Assembly (NCBI GenBank): GCA_036507115.1
Contig: DASXQO010000116.1
Location: forward strand, 1-62,552
DNA: 62,552 nt
Direction: 5' to 3'
From: Candidatus Eiseniibacteriota bacterium
Lineage (GTDB): Bacteria > Eisenbacteria > RBG-16-71-46 > SZUA-252
Position 1 is the first letter of the stretch. Each line of letters opens with the position of its first letter. This document shows positions 18,417-27,866 of this stretch, in pieces. The notes beneath the pieces were generated by a model. It did no database searches. It was not told the DNA's origin and was given only the letters and a program-made list of their open reading frames with translations. The translations under genes and the position numbers were made by a program.

Positions 18417-20075
18417 TCAGCGTACGTCCCGACGGGTGAGCACGGTGTCCTTGCGAAACGGATCGAGGGGCTTGGGATGATCGACGTTGTAGTGGAGGCC
18501 CCGGCTTTCCTTGCGCCTGAGCGCGCAGGCCACCATGAGATCGGCCACGAGACCGATATTGCGGAGCTCGACCAGATCGCTGTCGAGCCGGTAACGCCAG
18601 TAATCCCGCTCGATCTGATCGCGCAACACGCCGACCATCGTGGCCGCTCGCTTCAGCCGCTCATCGCTCCGGACGATGCCCATATAGTCCCATAGGACGC
18701 GCCGCAGCGCATCCCAATTGTGGTCGAAGATCACCTGCTCCTTGGGCGTGATCGCGCCGTCCGTCCTCCAGGCAGGAAGCTTGGGAACGCGGGCGCGCCC
18801 TTCCGACAGAAGCTGCTCCAGCACGGCGCGGCCGGACCTCCGGGCGAACACGAGCGCCTCGAGGAGCGAGTTCGACGCGAGCCGGTTCGCGCCGTGGACG
18901 CCCGTGCAGGCGACTTCGCCGCAGGCGTAGAGCGCCGGGATCGCCGTGCGCCCGTCCAGGTCGGTCACGACGCCGCCGCAGACGTAGTGCGCGGCGGGGA
19001 CCACCGGGATCGGATCGTGGAAGAGATCGTAGCCGAACGCGAGCACGCGGCTCGTGATGTTCGGGAAGCGCTTCCGGAGGAGCCGCGCCCCCAGCCGTGC
19101 CAAGTCGAGGAGGACGAACTTGTCGCCGCGGCGCTTCATCTCCGCGTCGATCGCCCGCGCGACGATGTCGCGCGGCGCGAGCTCGCGGAGTTTGTGGTAG
19201 CGGTGCATGAACGGTTTTCCATCCGCGGTCAGAAGCTTCGCGCCTTCGCCGCGAACCGCCTCGGAGATCAAGAAGGACTTCGCCTCGGGGTGAAAGAGGC
19301 ACGTGGGATGGAACTGGACGAACTCGAGGTTCGCGACGAGGGCTCCCGCACGGAACGCCGCCGCGAGCCCGTCCCCCGTGGCGATGTCGGGGTTCGTGGT
19401 GTAGAGGTACGCCTTTCCCGCGCCTCCCGTGGCGAGGACGGTGGCGTGCGCGGCGCACGGGCGGATCGCGCCGGTCGCGCGATTCAGCACGTAGGCGCCC
19501 CAGACGCGGTCGCGCTGGGGCGGCACCTTCCGTCCGGCCAGGTGCTTCGACTCAAGGATCAAATCGATCATGATGTGGTTTTCGAGGATGGAGATCTTGG
19601 GGTGCTCCTGCGCGAGCTCGAGGAGCGTCGTTTCGACCGCGCGGCCGGTGCGGTCCTTCGCGTGGACGATGCGGCGCCGCGAGTGCCCCCCTTCCCGCCC
19701 CAGCGCGAGCGTGCCGGGCGACTTCGGATCGCGATCGAAGCGGACGCCGAGCGAGACCAGGTGCGCGATCTCCCCCGAACCCTCCTCGACCAGCACGCGG
19801 ACCGATTCGGGATCGCAGAGGCCGGCCCCGCAGATCAGCGTGTCCCGCTCGTGGAGATCCGGGCGATCGTCCTCACCGAGCGCGACGGCGATGCCTCCCT
19901 GCGCGTAGTTGGTGTTGGATTCATGTCCCTCCCGCTTGGTCACGAGCAGCACGCGCGCGAACCTCGCCGCATGGAGGGCGACTGAGAGCCCCGCGATCCC
20001 GCTCCCGATCACCAGCACGTCGCTTTCCAGCGCCTTGGGCGATCGCTTCAACGCTCGCTTCCTCGCTCCTGCCAT
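18417..20075 (-). CDS. nadB: L-aspartate oxidase
   Basis: Start at MAGARKRAL (ATG 20075). The FAD motif is DVLVIGSGIAGLS. Further matches are NTNYAQGGIA, FHPT, EAVRGEGA and GANRLASNSLLE. The product is 552 aa, and the track extension to 20765 is rejected. Confidence 0.9.
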   Translation of the reverse strand: MAGARKRALKRSPKALESDVLVIGSGIAGLSVALHAARFARVLLVTKREGHESNTNYAQGGIAVALGEDDRPDLHERDTLICGAGLCDPESVRVLVEEGSGEIAHLVSLGVRFDRDPKSPGTLALGREGGHSRRRIVHAKDRTGRAVETTLLELAQEHPKISILENHIMIDLILESKHLAGRKVPPQRDRVWGAYVLNRATGAIRPCAAHATVLATGGAGKAYLYTTNPDIATGDGLAAAFRAGALVANLEFVQFHPTCLFHPEAKSFLISEAVRGEGAKLLTADGKPFMHRYHKLRELAPRDIVARAIDAEMKRRGDKFVLLDLARLGARLLRKRFPNITSRVLAFGYDLFHDPIPVVPAAHYVCGGVVTDLDGRTAIPALYACGEVACTGVHGANRLASNSLLEALVFARRSGRAVLEQLLSEGRARVPKLPAWRTDGAITPKEQVIFDHNWDALRRVLWDYMGIVRSDERLKRAATMVGVLRDQIERDYWRYRLDSDLVELRNIGLVADLMVACALRRKESRGLHYNVDHPKPLDPFRKDTVLTRRDVR

Positions 20076-21193
20076 CAGGCCTGGACGCTCCTTGCCCCGG
20101 CCGCCGCGGCGCGGAGCGGGCGGAGCGCCTCGTCGACCGGATCGAGCGGTGTGAGGCCGGTCCGGATCACGCGCACGGGGAGCGGGGTGCTGAGCCCGGA
20201 GGGCCAGCGCGGCTCGTCCTTCTCCGTGATGAGGACCGTTTCGGCCCCCTCGAGACGCGCGCGCGCGATCGCCGCTTCGAGCGGTCCCGAGCGCCATCGT
20301 GCGTGATCCGGAAAGATTTCGTGCCGGCGCAGGTCGAAGCCTTGGCCCCGGATGAAGCGCTCGAGCCTTCGGGGCGCGCCGACCCCGGACACGAGCGCGA
20401 TCCTGGCCCCGCCCGGGAGCGGCTCCCGTTTCTCCGGCTCGCCAACCGGAGTCGTGGACTCCAGCGTGCGCCGAAGACGGAGAACCGGGACCCCCGGCGC
20501 CGTGCGCGCGAGCCAGGCCAGCGTCTCCTGCGAAATCGCCTCCCCCGGCTCCTCCAGGAGGAAGACGACGCGGGACGCTTCGCGAAGCGTCGCCGGGGGA
20601 CGGCGCAACGGTCCCGCCGGCAGAAGCGCGCCGTTCCCAGCCGGACGCCGCGGATCCAGAGCCACCCAGAGCTCGTTCCAGAGGACTCCCGATTGTTCCC
20701 ACCCATCGTCCAGTACGAGCACACGCGCCGCGTAGCCGGACCGCACCGCGCGGGCCGCGCGCCACCGGTCGGGATCCACCGCCACCGAAGCCTCCCGCGG
20801 GAGCGCCACGCGGTGCGCGATGGCTTCATCGCCGTAACGCGCGACGCGGCGTTCGAGCGGGTACGCCGCGAAGTCCGGCACCACTCCCCGCTCGCGTCCG
20901 GGAGCGCTCGCGCCGTAGCCCCGGAGCAGGACCGCGGCGCGCGACCCCGCTTCGACGGCCTGAAGGGCGAGCCAGCGCGCGACGCTGCTCTTTCCCGCGC
21001 CGCCGACCGTGAGGTTCCCGACCGCGAGGACGAAGCATCCTTCGAGCGCGCGGCGTCCGGCGGCCGCCTTCCTCCGGGCGGCCCCGGACGCGAGGGCGTA
21101 GCCGAACGCAGCCGGAAGAAAGAGCTTGGTCCACGCGAGCGTACCCGGTTCCCCCGACCAGGAGCGCTCGACCACCCCGGCGAGCCCCCTCAC
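20075..21193 (-). CDS. lpxK: Tetraacyldisaccharide 4'-kinase
   Basis: The P-loop VGNLTVGGAGKSSVARWLA, GYG, the GDE motif (RYGDEA) and LDDGWE are LpxK hallmarks. The GTG start at 21193 overlaps the waaA stop (GTGA). GTG 21169 is an alternative. Confidence 0.85.
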   Translation of the reverse strand: MRGLAGVVERSWSGEPGTLAWTKLFLPAAFGYALASGAARRKAAAGRRALEGCFVLAVGNLTVGGAGKSSVARWLALQAVEAGSRAAVLLRGYGASAPGRERGVVPDFAAYPLERRVARYGDEAIAHRVALPREASVAVDPDRWRAARAVRSGYAARVLVLDDGWEQSGVLWNELWVALDPRRPAGNGALLPAGPLRRPPATLREASRVVFLLEEPGEAISQETLAWLARTAPGVPVLRLRRTLESTTPVGEPEKREPLPGGARIALVSGVGAPRRLERFIRGQGFDLRRHEIFPDHARWRSGPLEAAIARARLEGAETVLITEKDEPRWPSGLSTPLPVRVIRTGLTPLDPVDEALRPLRAAAAGARSVQA

Positions 21194-22467
21194 GGCATGA
21201 GACCGAACCGCTCGAGCGCCTCGAGCGAGCGGCGCGCCGATTCCGATGCCGCCGCCGCCGCGCGGGCGGCGCCCTGCCCCATGCATCGCAGCGTCTCGGG
21301 GTTTCCCAGCAGGGATTGGACCGCCTCGACCCCGGTAGCTGCATCCAATACTTGTACGATGGCCCCCTCGCGCGAGAGCGATTCCACGCTCTCCTGGATG
21401 CCGGAGGCGTGCGGGCCCACCACGATCGCGCACCCGCGGGCCGCCGGTTCGAGCGCGTTGTGCCCTCCGTAAGGCGCGAACGTCCCTCCGACGATCGCGA
21501 CCGCGGCCGATTCGTACCCGGAGGGAAGCTCTCCCGAGGTCGCGAGAATCCCGACGCGCGGCGGGCGTACGGCGGACAACCCCGAGATCCAGGCCGAGAG
21601 ATCCTCCCCCGCGCGGTTCTCCTCGCGGCGCACCGAGAAGGGCAGCTCCTCCCGTTCGAGCGCCTTGAGGACGCGCTCCAGACCGTCGCGGTGACGCGGG
21701 GCGATCACCAAAGCGCGCCCCTCGTCGCGCGCGAGGCGCCGCGCCAGAGCGACGGCAACCGCTTCTTCCCCGGGCCGCAGGCACCCGAACACCACCGCGG
21801 ATCTCCCGGAGGGATCGCGGGAGGCGCTCTCGGTCGGAGGCTCGGCTTTCAGATCCCCCGTCACCGCGATGCGGGACGAGGGCACGCCGAGCGCCAAGAA
21901 TCGCTCCGCGTGGAGATCCGATTGCGCGAGCACCCAGACGCCCTGGCCGAACACGTCCCGCCCCGCGAGGCCCCAGCGGTGAAGGCGCCCTCGGGTCCGG
22001 TCGGACACGGTGGCGCTCACGAACACGACCGCGACGTGACGCCTTCGGGATTCGAGGATCAGCTGCGGCCAGAGCTCCGTCTCGATGATATCGAGACGCC
22101 ACGGCGTGGACGCGCGGAGAAACGAGCTCAGGAGCTGCGGCAGATCGAGCGGCGCCACCCGCGCGACCACGCGGTCCCCCAGCTCGCCGCGCGCGCGCGC
22201 GAGCCCCCGCGAAGTCCGCGTGGTGAGCAGGATGGGGGCGCTCAATCCCGCGCCGAGGAGTGCCTTGATCCAGGAGCGCGCCGCCACCACTTCCCCCAGG
22301 GATGCGGCGTGAACCCAGACACTCCCCGAAGCGCTCGTGAGCTCCTCGGTCGCGCCGCTCAGGGCCGACCGCCATGCGCTCTCCCGGCCTCCCAGCCGAC
22401 GTAGTAAAGGCGCGGCCACGCCGGCCAGGGCCGTGGCGGCGCGGTAGGCGGCGAGACCGAGCGCCAT
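21190..22467 (-). CDS. waaA: 3-deoxy-D-manno-octulosonic acid (Kdo) transferase
   Basis: The protein runs MALGLAAYRA.... Matching motifs are VWVHAASLGEV, ETELWP, and the C-terminal GGTFAPYGGHNALEPAA. The ATG start at 22467 overlaps the lpxB stop by 1 nt. Confidence 0.85.
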   Translation of the reverse strand: MALGLAAYRAATALAGVAAPLLRRLGGRESAWRSALSGATEELTSASGSVWVHAASLGEVVAARSWIKALLGAGLSAPILLTTRTSRGLARARGELGDRVVARVAPLDLPQLLSSFLRASTPWRLDIIETELWPQLILESRRRHVAVVFVSATVSDRTRGRLHRWGLAGRDVFGQGVWVLAQSDLHAERFLALGVPSSRIAVTGDLKAEPPTESASRDPSGRSAVVFGCLRPGEEAVAVALARRLARDEGRALVIAPRHRDGLERVLKALEREELPFSVRREENRAGEDLSAWISGLSAVRPPRVGILATSGELPSGYESAAVAIVGGTFAPYGGHNALEPAARGCAIVVGPHASGIQESVESLSREGAIVQVLDAATGVEAVQSLLGNPETLRCMGQGAARAAAAASESARRSLEALERFGLMP

Positions 22468-23627
22468 CACGCGTACGCCTTCCGGCCGGCAAATTCCATC
22501 AGCGCCCCGGCCGCGCGATCCGCGGCGCCGGGGCCCCCCAGCCGCTCGGGGATCGACGCGAACGCCCGGAGCTGCGCTTCCCGGGCCCCCTCGTCCGTGA
22601 GGAGCCTCGCCAGCTCCTTCGCGATCCGTGTTCCCGTCACCTCGCCCTGGATGAGCTCGGGAGCTATCTTGCTCCCCGACACCAGATTGGCAAGTCCGAT
22701 CGACGGCACGCGCACCACGCGCCGCGCAATCTCGTAGTTGAGGCGTCCGGTCTTGAACACGATCACCTGAGGCACCCCGAGCGCCGCCGTTTCGAGCGTC
22801 GCGGTGCCCGAGGCGACCACCGCGGCGTCGGCCGCGCGCAGGAGCTCCTTCACGTCCCCGCGCCAGTGGATCGGGGCGAGGGTCTCCCACGCCCGCCGTG
22901 TCGCGGGCGCGCGGAGCGCCGTGTCGACCTGCCCCGCGTCGCTCACCGCCACGCGCACGCGGACGCCCATGTGAGCGACGAGGCGCGCTGCCCCGTCGAG
23001 CATCGGAGGGAGGTGGCGGCGCACTTCGTCGCGTCGGCTTCCCGGAAGGAGGGCGACGAGACGCGCCGCGGAGTCGACCCCGATCGCTTCCTTCGCCGCG
23101 GCGCGCCGGCCGGGCTCGGGCTCGAGCGCGCCCGCGGGATGCCCCACCCAGCACGCGGCCGCGCCTTCCCGCGCGAGGAGATCGGATTCGAAGCCGAAGA
23201 GGAGCAGCGTGAGATCGACGTCCTTCTTGAGACGCCGGATCCGGCCCCTGCCCCACGCCCAGATCTGGGGGCAGACATAGTAGACCACGCGCCGGCCCAT
23301 CCGCTTCGCGGCCCGGGCAAGTCCCAGATGAAGCCCCGGGGAATCGATGGGCAGGAAGATGGCGTCCGGATGGTCGGAGAGGAGCCGGACGATTTCGCGG
23401 CGGGCCCGCCGGATTTCCGGAAGCCGGCCGAGGATCGAGGCGAACCCCATGACGGCGATCGACTCCATCGGGACCACGGTCCTGAGACCCGCGGCCCGGA
23501 GCTTCGGCCCCCCGATCCCCGCCGCCTCGAACGACACCCCGCGGGCACGGAGCGCCGAGAGCAAGTCGGCCCCGAGGCGGTCCCCGGAGGGCTCGCCCGC
23601 CGATACGATGAGAAACGGGAAATTCAG
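22467..23627 (-). CDS. lpxB: Lipid-A-disaccharide synthase
   Basis: FLIVSAGEPSGDRLGADLL, YYVCPQIWAWG, LLPGSRRDEV and ASGTATLETA are LpxB motifs. I prefer the start at CTG 23627..23625, which overlaps the upstream stop (CTGA). The only canonical in-frame start is ATG 23720. That start would add about 31 Arg/Gly/Pro-rich residues and overlap the upstream gene by 97 nt. Confidence 0.8.
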   Translation of the reverse strand: MNFPFLIVSAGEPSGDRLGADLLSALRARGVSFEAAGIGGPKLRAAGLRTVVPMESIAVMGFASILGRLPEIRRARREIVRLLSDHPDAIFLPIDSPGLHLGLARAAKRMGRRVVYYVCPQIWAWGRGRIRRLKKDVDLTLLLFGFESDLLAREGAAACWVGHPAGALEPEPGRRAAAKEAIGVDSAARLVALLPGSRRDEVRRHLPPMLDGAARLVAHMGVRVRVAVSDAGQVDTALRAPATRRAWETLAPIHWRGDVKELLRAADAAVVASGTATLETAALGVPQVIVFKTGRLNYEIARRVVRVPSIGLANLVSGSKIAPELIQGEVTGTRIAKELARLLTDEGAREAQLRAFASIPERLGGPGAADRAAGALMEFAGRKAYA

Positions 23628-24592
23628 ACGGGCAGGTCCAGGGGGAGGTTCCGCATCGCCTGGGCCCGCACCTCCTCGGCGACCCGGAGCGCCTCGAGGG
23701 CCGTCTCGGTCTCTTCCCACGAGCCCTCGGGCTCGCGCGCGAGGGCGAGAAAATGGGTGAGCTCCGATTCGAGCGGGTCGCGCGGATCGACCCGCAGCAC
23801 GAGGGGCCGGATTCTCCGGAGCAGATCTTCCGGCGCGTCGGATTTGGCCGGGATCAGCGTGTAGGCTTCGACGCTCCGGTTGAGACAGTCGATCGAGAGG
23901 TATTCATTCGCCTCGAAGAAGCGGATTTTCCGGACTTTCTCGCGCGACACCCGGCTCGCGGTCAGGTTCGCCACGCATCCGGTCGCGAACGTGAGCCGCG
24001 CGTTCGCGATGTCGATCCGCGGCGTCAGGACCGGGACCCCCACCGCGTGCACCTGCGTCACACGGGACCGGGTCAACCACAGTGACAGGTCCAGGTCGTG
24101 GATCATGAGGTCCAGGATCACGTCCACGTCGATCCCGCGCGGCACGATCGGCGCCAGCCGGTGTGCCTCGATGAAGCGGGGGGAATGGAGATACGGGCGC
24201 GCGGCCTGGACCGCGGGGTTGAAGCGCTCGACCTGCCCGACGAAGAGGGCGCGTTTCTGTGCGCGGGCGGAGGCGAGCATGGAGGCTCCCTCCGCGACGC
24301 TCCCCGCCATCGGCTTCTCCACGAGCACGTGGAGCCCGCGCGAGAGGCAATCGAGCGCGAGATCGGCATGGCGCGGCGTGGGGGCCGCGATCGAGACCAG
24401 GTCCACGCGGTCCGCGAGCGCCTCGAGCGATTCGTAGGCCGTGAGCGTAAGCTCGCGCTCGGCGCGCTCCCGCGCGGCCGGATCGGGATCGAATCCCCCG
24501 ACCAGATCCGCGCCCTCGATCCGGGACCAGGCGCGCACGTGGTGGCTGCCGAGGTGTCCGACCCCGACCACCCCCACGCGGAGCCGGCTCAC
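23624..24592 (-). CDS. Gfo/Idh/MocA-family NAD-dependent oxidoreductase (possible UDP-GlcNAc 3-dehydrogenase, GnnA-like)
   Basis: The N-terminal Rossmann motif is RVGVVGVGHLGSHH, followed by the EKP motif (LVEKPMA). The GTG start at 24592 overlaps the lpxA stop (GTGA). It sits between lpxA and lpxB. Confidence 0.7.
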   Translation of the reverse strand: MSRLRVGVVGVGHLGSHHVRAWSRIEGADLVGGFDPDPAARERAERELTLTAYESLEALADRVDLVSIAAPTPRHADLALDCLSRGLHVLVEKPMAGSVAEGASMLASARAQKRALFVGQVERFNPAVQAARPYLHSPRFIEAHRLAPIVPRGIDVDVILDLMIHDLDLSLWLTRSRVTQVHAVGVPVLTPRIDIANARLTFATGCVANLTASRVSREKVRKIRFFEANEYLSIDCLNRSVEAYTLIPAKSDAPEDLLRRIRPLVLRVDPRDPLESELTHFLALAREPEGSWEETETALEALRVAEEVRAQAMRNLPLDLPV

Positions 24593-25404
24593 CGCACGAT
24601 GCCTCGCTCCGAGCTGCGCACGAACTCGATGAACTCGTGGATCTCGGGGTAGGGCTTCAGATCGCGCGCGATGCGCGTGAGCGCCTGGGAGACGTTGAGC
24701 TGCGAACGGTAGAGGATTCGATAGGCGCGTTTCAATTCCAGGCGCACTTCCGCGGGAATGCCGCGGCGGTCCATCCCGATCGAGTTGAGCCCGCACGCGC
24801 GGAGCGGGTTGCCCGCAACCTTGACGAACGGCGGAACGTCCTGAGGCACGCGCGACGCGCCCCCCACGAAGGCGTGGCATCCGATCGTGACGAACTGATG
24901 CACGGGGGTCATGCCGCCGATGATCGCGTAGTCGTCGACCCGCACGTGGCCGCCGAGATTCACGGCGTTCGCGAGGATCACGTGGTTTCCGATGAGGCAG
25001 TTGTGCGCGATATGGGTGTACGCCATGAGGAGGACGTAGTCCCCCACGATCGTGGACTCGCGCTCCTCCGTCGCCGCGTGGATCGTCGCGTATTCGCGCA
25101 CGACCGTATCGTGCCCGATCCGGACCTCGGTGGGCGCGCCCCGGAACTTGAGGTCCTGGGGGATGTTCCCGATGACGGCGCCGTGATGCACCTGGCAGCG
25201 CGGGCCGAGCGTCGTTCTGCCCTCGAGGATCGCGTGGAGACCCACCTGCGTGCCTGCGCCGAGCGTGACCCGCGGCCCGATGTAGGCGAACGGCCCGATG
25301 ACCGTGCCGGGGCCGAGCTCCGCCCCCTTGGCCACGATGGCGGTGGGGTGGACCGCGGGCGGCGTGTCGTGCGGTTCAGGGAACGGCACGACCGCCCCGG
25401 GCAC
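24589..25404 (-). CDS. lpxA: Acyl-ACP--UDP-N-acetylglucosamine O-acyltransferase
   Basis: VHPTAIVAKGAELGPGTVIGPFAYIGP begins a run of hexapeptide repeats. The C-terminal helical domain reads NSIGMDRRG...LKRAYRILYRS. The start is uncertain, with in-frame GTG codons at 25404 and 25389. ATG 25494 would overlap lpxC-fabZ by 59 nt. Confidence 0.85.
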   Translation of the reverse strand: MPGAVVPFPEPHDTPPAVHPTAIVAKGAELGPGTVIGPFAYIGPRVTLGAGTQVGLHAILEGRTTLGPRCQVHHGAVIGNIPQDLKFRGAPTEVRIGHDTVVREYATIHAATEERESTIVGDYVLLMAYTHIAHNCLIGNHVILANAVNLGGHVRVDDYAIIGGMTPVHQFVTIGCHAFVGGASRVPQDVPPFVKVAGNPLRACGLNSIGMDRRGIPAEVRLELKRAYRILYRSQLNVSQALTRIARDLKPYPEIHEFIEFVRSSERGIVR

Positions 25405-25435
25405 GCGCGCCCAGGTGCCGGTCAGTCCGTCCGCT

Positions 25436-26788
25436 TCAGGAATCGCGATCGACAATGCTTGAGAGAAGCTCTGCTTCCGCGACGAGGTCTCCATCGACGT
25501 AGGCCTTTCCCTCCATTTTGCAAATCCGTGATTTCAGGCGAAGGAGCGTCAATTCGAATCGGAGCTGATCACCCGGCCGGACCGGTTTCCGGAACTTGGC
25601 CCGGTCGATTCCGATGAAATAGACCAGCTTCTCCTTCGGTTTGTACGACGAGTTCAGGAGCAGGACGCCGCCGCATTGTGCCATCGCCTCGATGATGAGC
25701 ACCGCGGGCATGATGGGGTGACCCGGAAAGTGGCCGACGAAAAAGGGCTCGTTGATCGTGACGTTCTTGATCCCGACGACACGGTTCTCCTCGAGGCTCA
25801 GGATCCGGTCGATCAACAAGAACGGATACCGGTGCGGCATGATCTTCATGATGGCGTTGATGTCCAGCTCGACCGATTTGCGCGCGCCGGGCGTCCCCCG
25901 CGCGCCGTTTCCCTTGCCCGCGCGGACGGCCTTCACGGGCCGCTCGGCCGCGGCCAGCGCCTGGACGAAGCGCACGTTGGTCGCGTGCCCCGATTTGATC
26001 GAAACGAAATGCCCGAGGACGGGCCGCCCGAGAAGGTAGAGATCCCCGAGGAAATCCAGGATCTTGTGGCGCACGAACTCATTGTCGAACCGGAGCGGCT
26101 CCTCGTTCAGGATTCCCTTCGGTTGCACCACGACGGCGTTCTGGAGGGTGCCCCCCAGGATCATGCCGCGGGCCCGCAGCGCGTCCACGTCGCGCTGGAG
26201 CACGAAGGTGCGCGCCGGCGCGATTTCGCGGACGAAGACGTCCTTGTCGATGTCATACGTCGCGTGCTGCGTGCCCAGGTACGCGTCGTCGTATTCGATC
26301 GTGAACGTGATGCGCAGCCCGTCGTGCGGCAGGCCCACGAGGACCACGCCGTTCTCCTCGTAGCGGACCGGCTCGCTCACCCGGAAGTAGCGACGCGGAA
26401 CGTGCTGGTCCACGAGCCCCGCTTCCTGGAACATGCGGACGTAGGGCGCGGCGCTTCCGTCGCGCGGCTCGGCGGGCTCCTTGGAGGTGAGGGCGATCGC
26501 GAGGTTGTCGATCTCGAGCCCGGCCGCGGCGGCGAGGATGTGCTCGACCGTGTGCACCTCCGCGTCGCCGCTCTTCAAGATGGTGCGGCGCATCTCCTCG
26601 GTGTCGACGCGGGCGTACCGCGGCGAGACGGGAATCTCGGGCGCGCCGGGGAGATCGAGGCGGATGAACCGGATGCCGGAGTCGGGCGGAGCCGGCCGGA
26701 ATTCCACGCGGCACGGCAAGCCGGTGTGCAGGCCGACGCCCTCGAAGGCGATGGGCTTCGCGATGGTCCGCTGGCTGGGCGTGATCAC
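25436..26788 (-). CDS. lpxC/fabZ: Bifunctional UDP-3-O-acyl-GlcNAc deacetylase / 3-hydroxyacyl-ACP dehydratase (LpxC-FabZ fusion)
   Basis: 450 aa. The LpxC half carries FEGVGLHTG, TVEHILAA, FVRHKILDFLGDL and GHATN. The FabZ half carries MPHRYPFLLIDR and FFVGHFPGHPIMPAVL. The ATG start overlaps the lpxD stop by 4 nt. Confidence 0.9.
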   Translation of the reverse strand: MITPSQRTIAKPIAFEGVGLHTGLPCRVEFRPAPPDSGIRFIRLDLPGAPEIPVSPRYARVDTEEMRRTILKSGDAEVHTVEHILAAAAGLEIDNLAIALTSKEPAEPRDGSAAPYVRMFQEAGLVDQHVPRRYFRVSEPVRYEENGVVLVGLPHDGLRITFTIEYDDAYLGTQHATYDIDKDVFVREIAPARTFVLQRDVDALRARGMILGGTLQNAVVVQPKGILNEEPLRFDNEFVRHKILDFLGDLYLLGRPVLGHFVSIKSGHATNVRFVQALAAAERPVKAVRAGKGNGARGTPGARKSVELDINAIMKIMPHRYPFLLIDRILSLEENRVVGIKNVTINEPFFVGHFPGHPIMPAVLIIEAMAQCGGVLLLNSSYKPKEKLVYFIGIDRAKFRKPVRPGDQLRFELTLLRLKSRICKMEGKAYVDGDLVAEAELLSSIVDRDS

Positions 26789-27822
26789 CGCGGCTCTTTG
26801 GAGCCCTCGAGTTCGTCCACGCGGCGTTTGAGCTGGCGCACCGTCTGGATGAGCTCGGGCAGGTTCCGGAGGCTCGCCTCGATGCGCTTCGCTTGCCGGA
26901 GCGGCATGGCCGGACAGCCGAACACGCGCTCCCCAGGCTTCACGGACTTGGAGACGCCCGATTGGGCGCCGACGGTCGCGCCGTCCCCGATCTCGATGTG
27001 CCCCACGATTCCGACCTGTCCCGCCAGCACGACGTCGTCTCCGAGCACCGTGCTTCCGGAGATGCCCACCTGTGCCACGATGATGCAGTTCCGTCCGATC
27101 TGGACGTTGTGGGCGATCTGGACCAGGTTGTCGATCTTGCTTCCGGCGCCGATCCGCGTGGTGCCGGTCGTCGCACGATCGATGGTGACGTTGGCTCCGA
27201 TCTCCACGTCATCCTCCACGACCACGTTTCCTACTTGGGGAAGTTTGCGGTACACGTCGCCGTCGCGCACGAATCCGAATCCGTCGCTCCCCACGACCGT
27301 CCCGGAATGGACGATGACGCGGTCCCCGAGCACGCACTCCTCGCGCACGGTGACGTTGGGGTAGAGCAGCGCGTCCTCCCCGAGCCGCGCCCGCGCCCCG
27401 ACGTAGCAGCCGGCATGGACGATGGCGCGCGCGCCAATCCTAGCCTCAGGCTCGATCACGACGTGGGGCCCGATCGAGGCGTCCCGCGCGACGGCGGCGC
27501 CCTCCGCGACCACCGCCGTGGGATGCACGCCGGCGCAGGGGCGTTCCGCCTCTCCGGCGAACAGGCGCACGGCCTTGAGGAACGCGAGGTACGGATTGGG
27601 ATTCTGGATCAGGGGCTTCCCGATGTTCCGGTGGTTTTTCGAAACGATGACGGCGGAAGCCTGGGTCAGTTCGAGGTAGGGCTCATAGCGGGGGTTCGCC
27701 AGAAACGTCAGCTCCCCCTCGCGGGCTTCGCGGATGCCGGCCACGCCGGTGATCTCGACGGAACCATCGCCGACGACCGTACCGTCGATCGCCCTCGCGA
27801 CCGCCTCCAGCGTGACCTTCAT
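26785..27822 (-). CDS. lpxD: UDP-3-O-(3-hydroxyacyl)glucosamine N-acyltransferase
   Basis: 345 aa. The N-terminal uridine-binding domain contains the LTFLANPRY motif. A long left-handed beta-helix of hexapeptide repeats follows, then a C-terminal helix. Confidence 0.9.
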   Translation of the reverse strand: MKVTLEAVARAIDGTVVGDGSVEITGVAGIREAREGELTFLANPRYEPYLELTQASAVIVSKNHRNIGKPLIQNPNPYLAFLKAVRLFAGEAERPCAGVHPTAVVAEGAAVARDASIGPHVVIEPEARIGARAIVHAGCYVGARARLGEDALLYPNVTVREECVLGDRVIVHSGTVVGSDGFGFVRDGDVYRKLPQVGNVVVEDDVEIGANVTIDRATTGTTRIGAGSKIDNLVQIAHNVQIGRNCIIVAQVGISGSTVLGDDVVLAGQVGIVGHIEIGDGATVGAQSGVSKSVKPGERVFGCPAMPLRQAKRIEASLRNLPELIQTVRQLKRRVDELEGSKEPR

Positions 27823-27866
27823 GGTGGACTCCCTTTGAATCGGTTCGCGCCACCGTCCCCGGGAAC

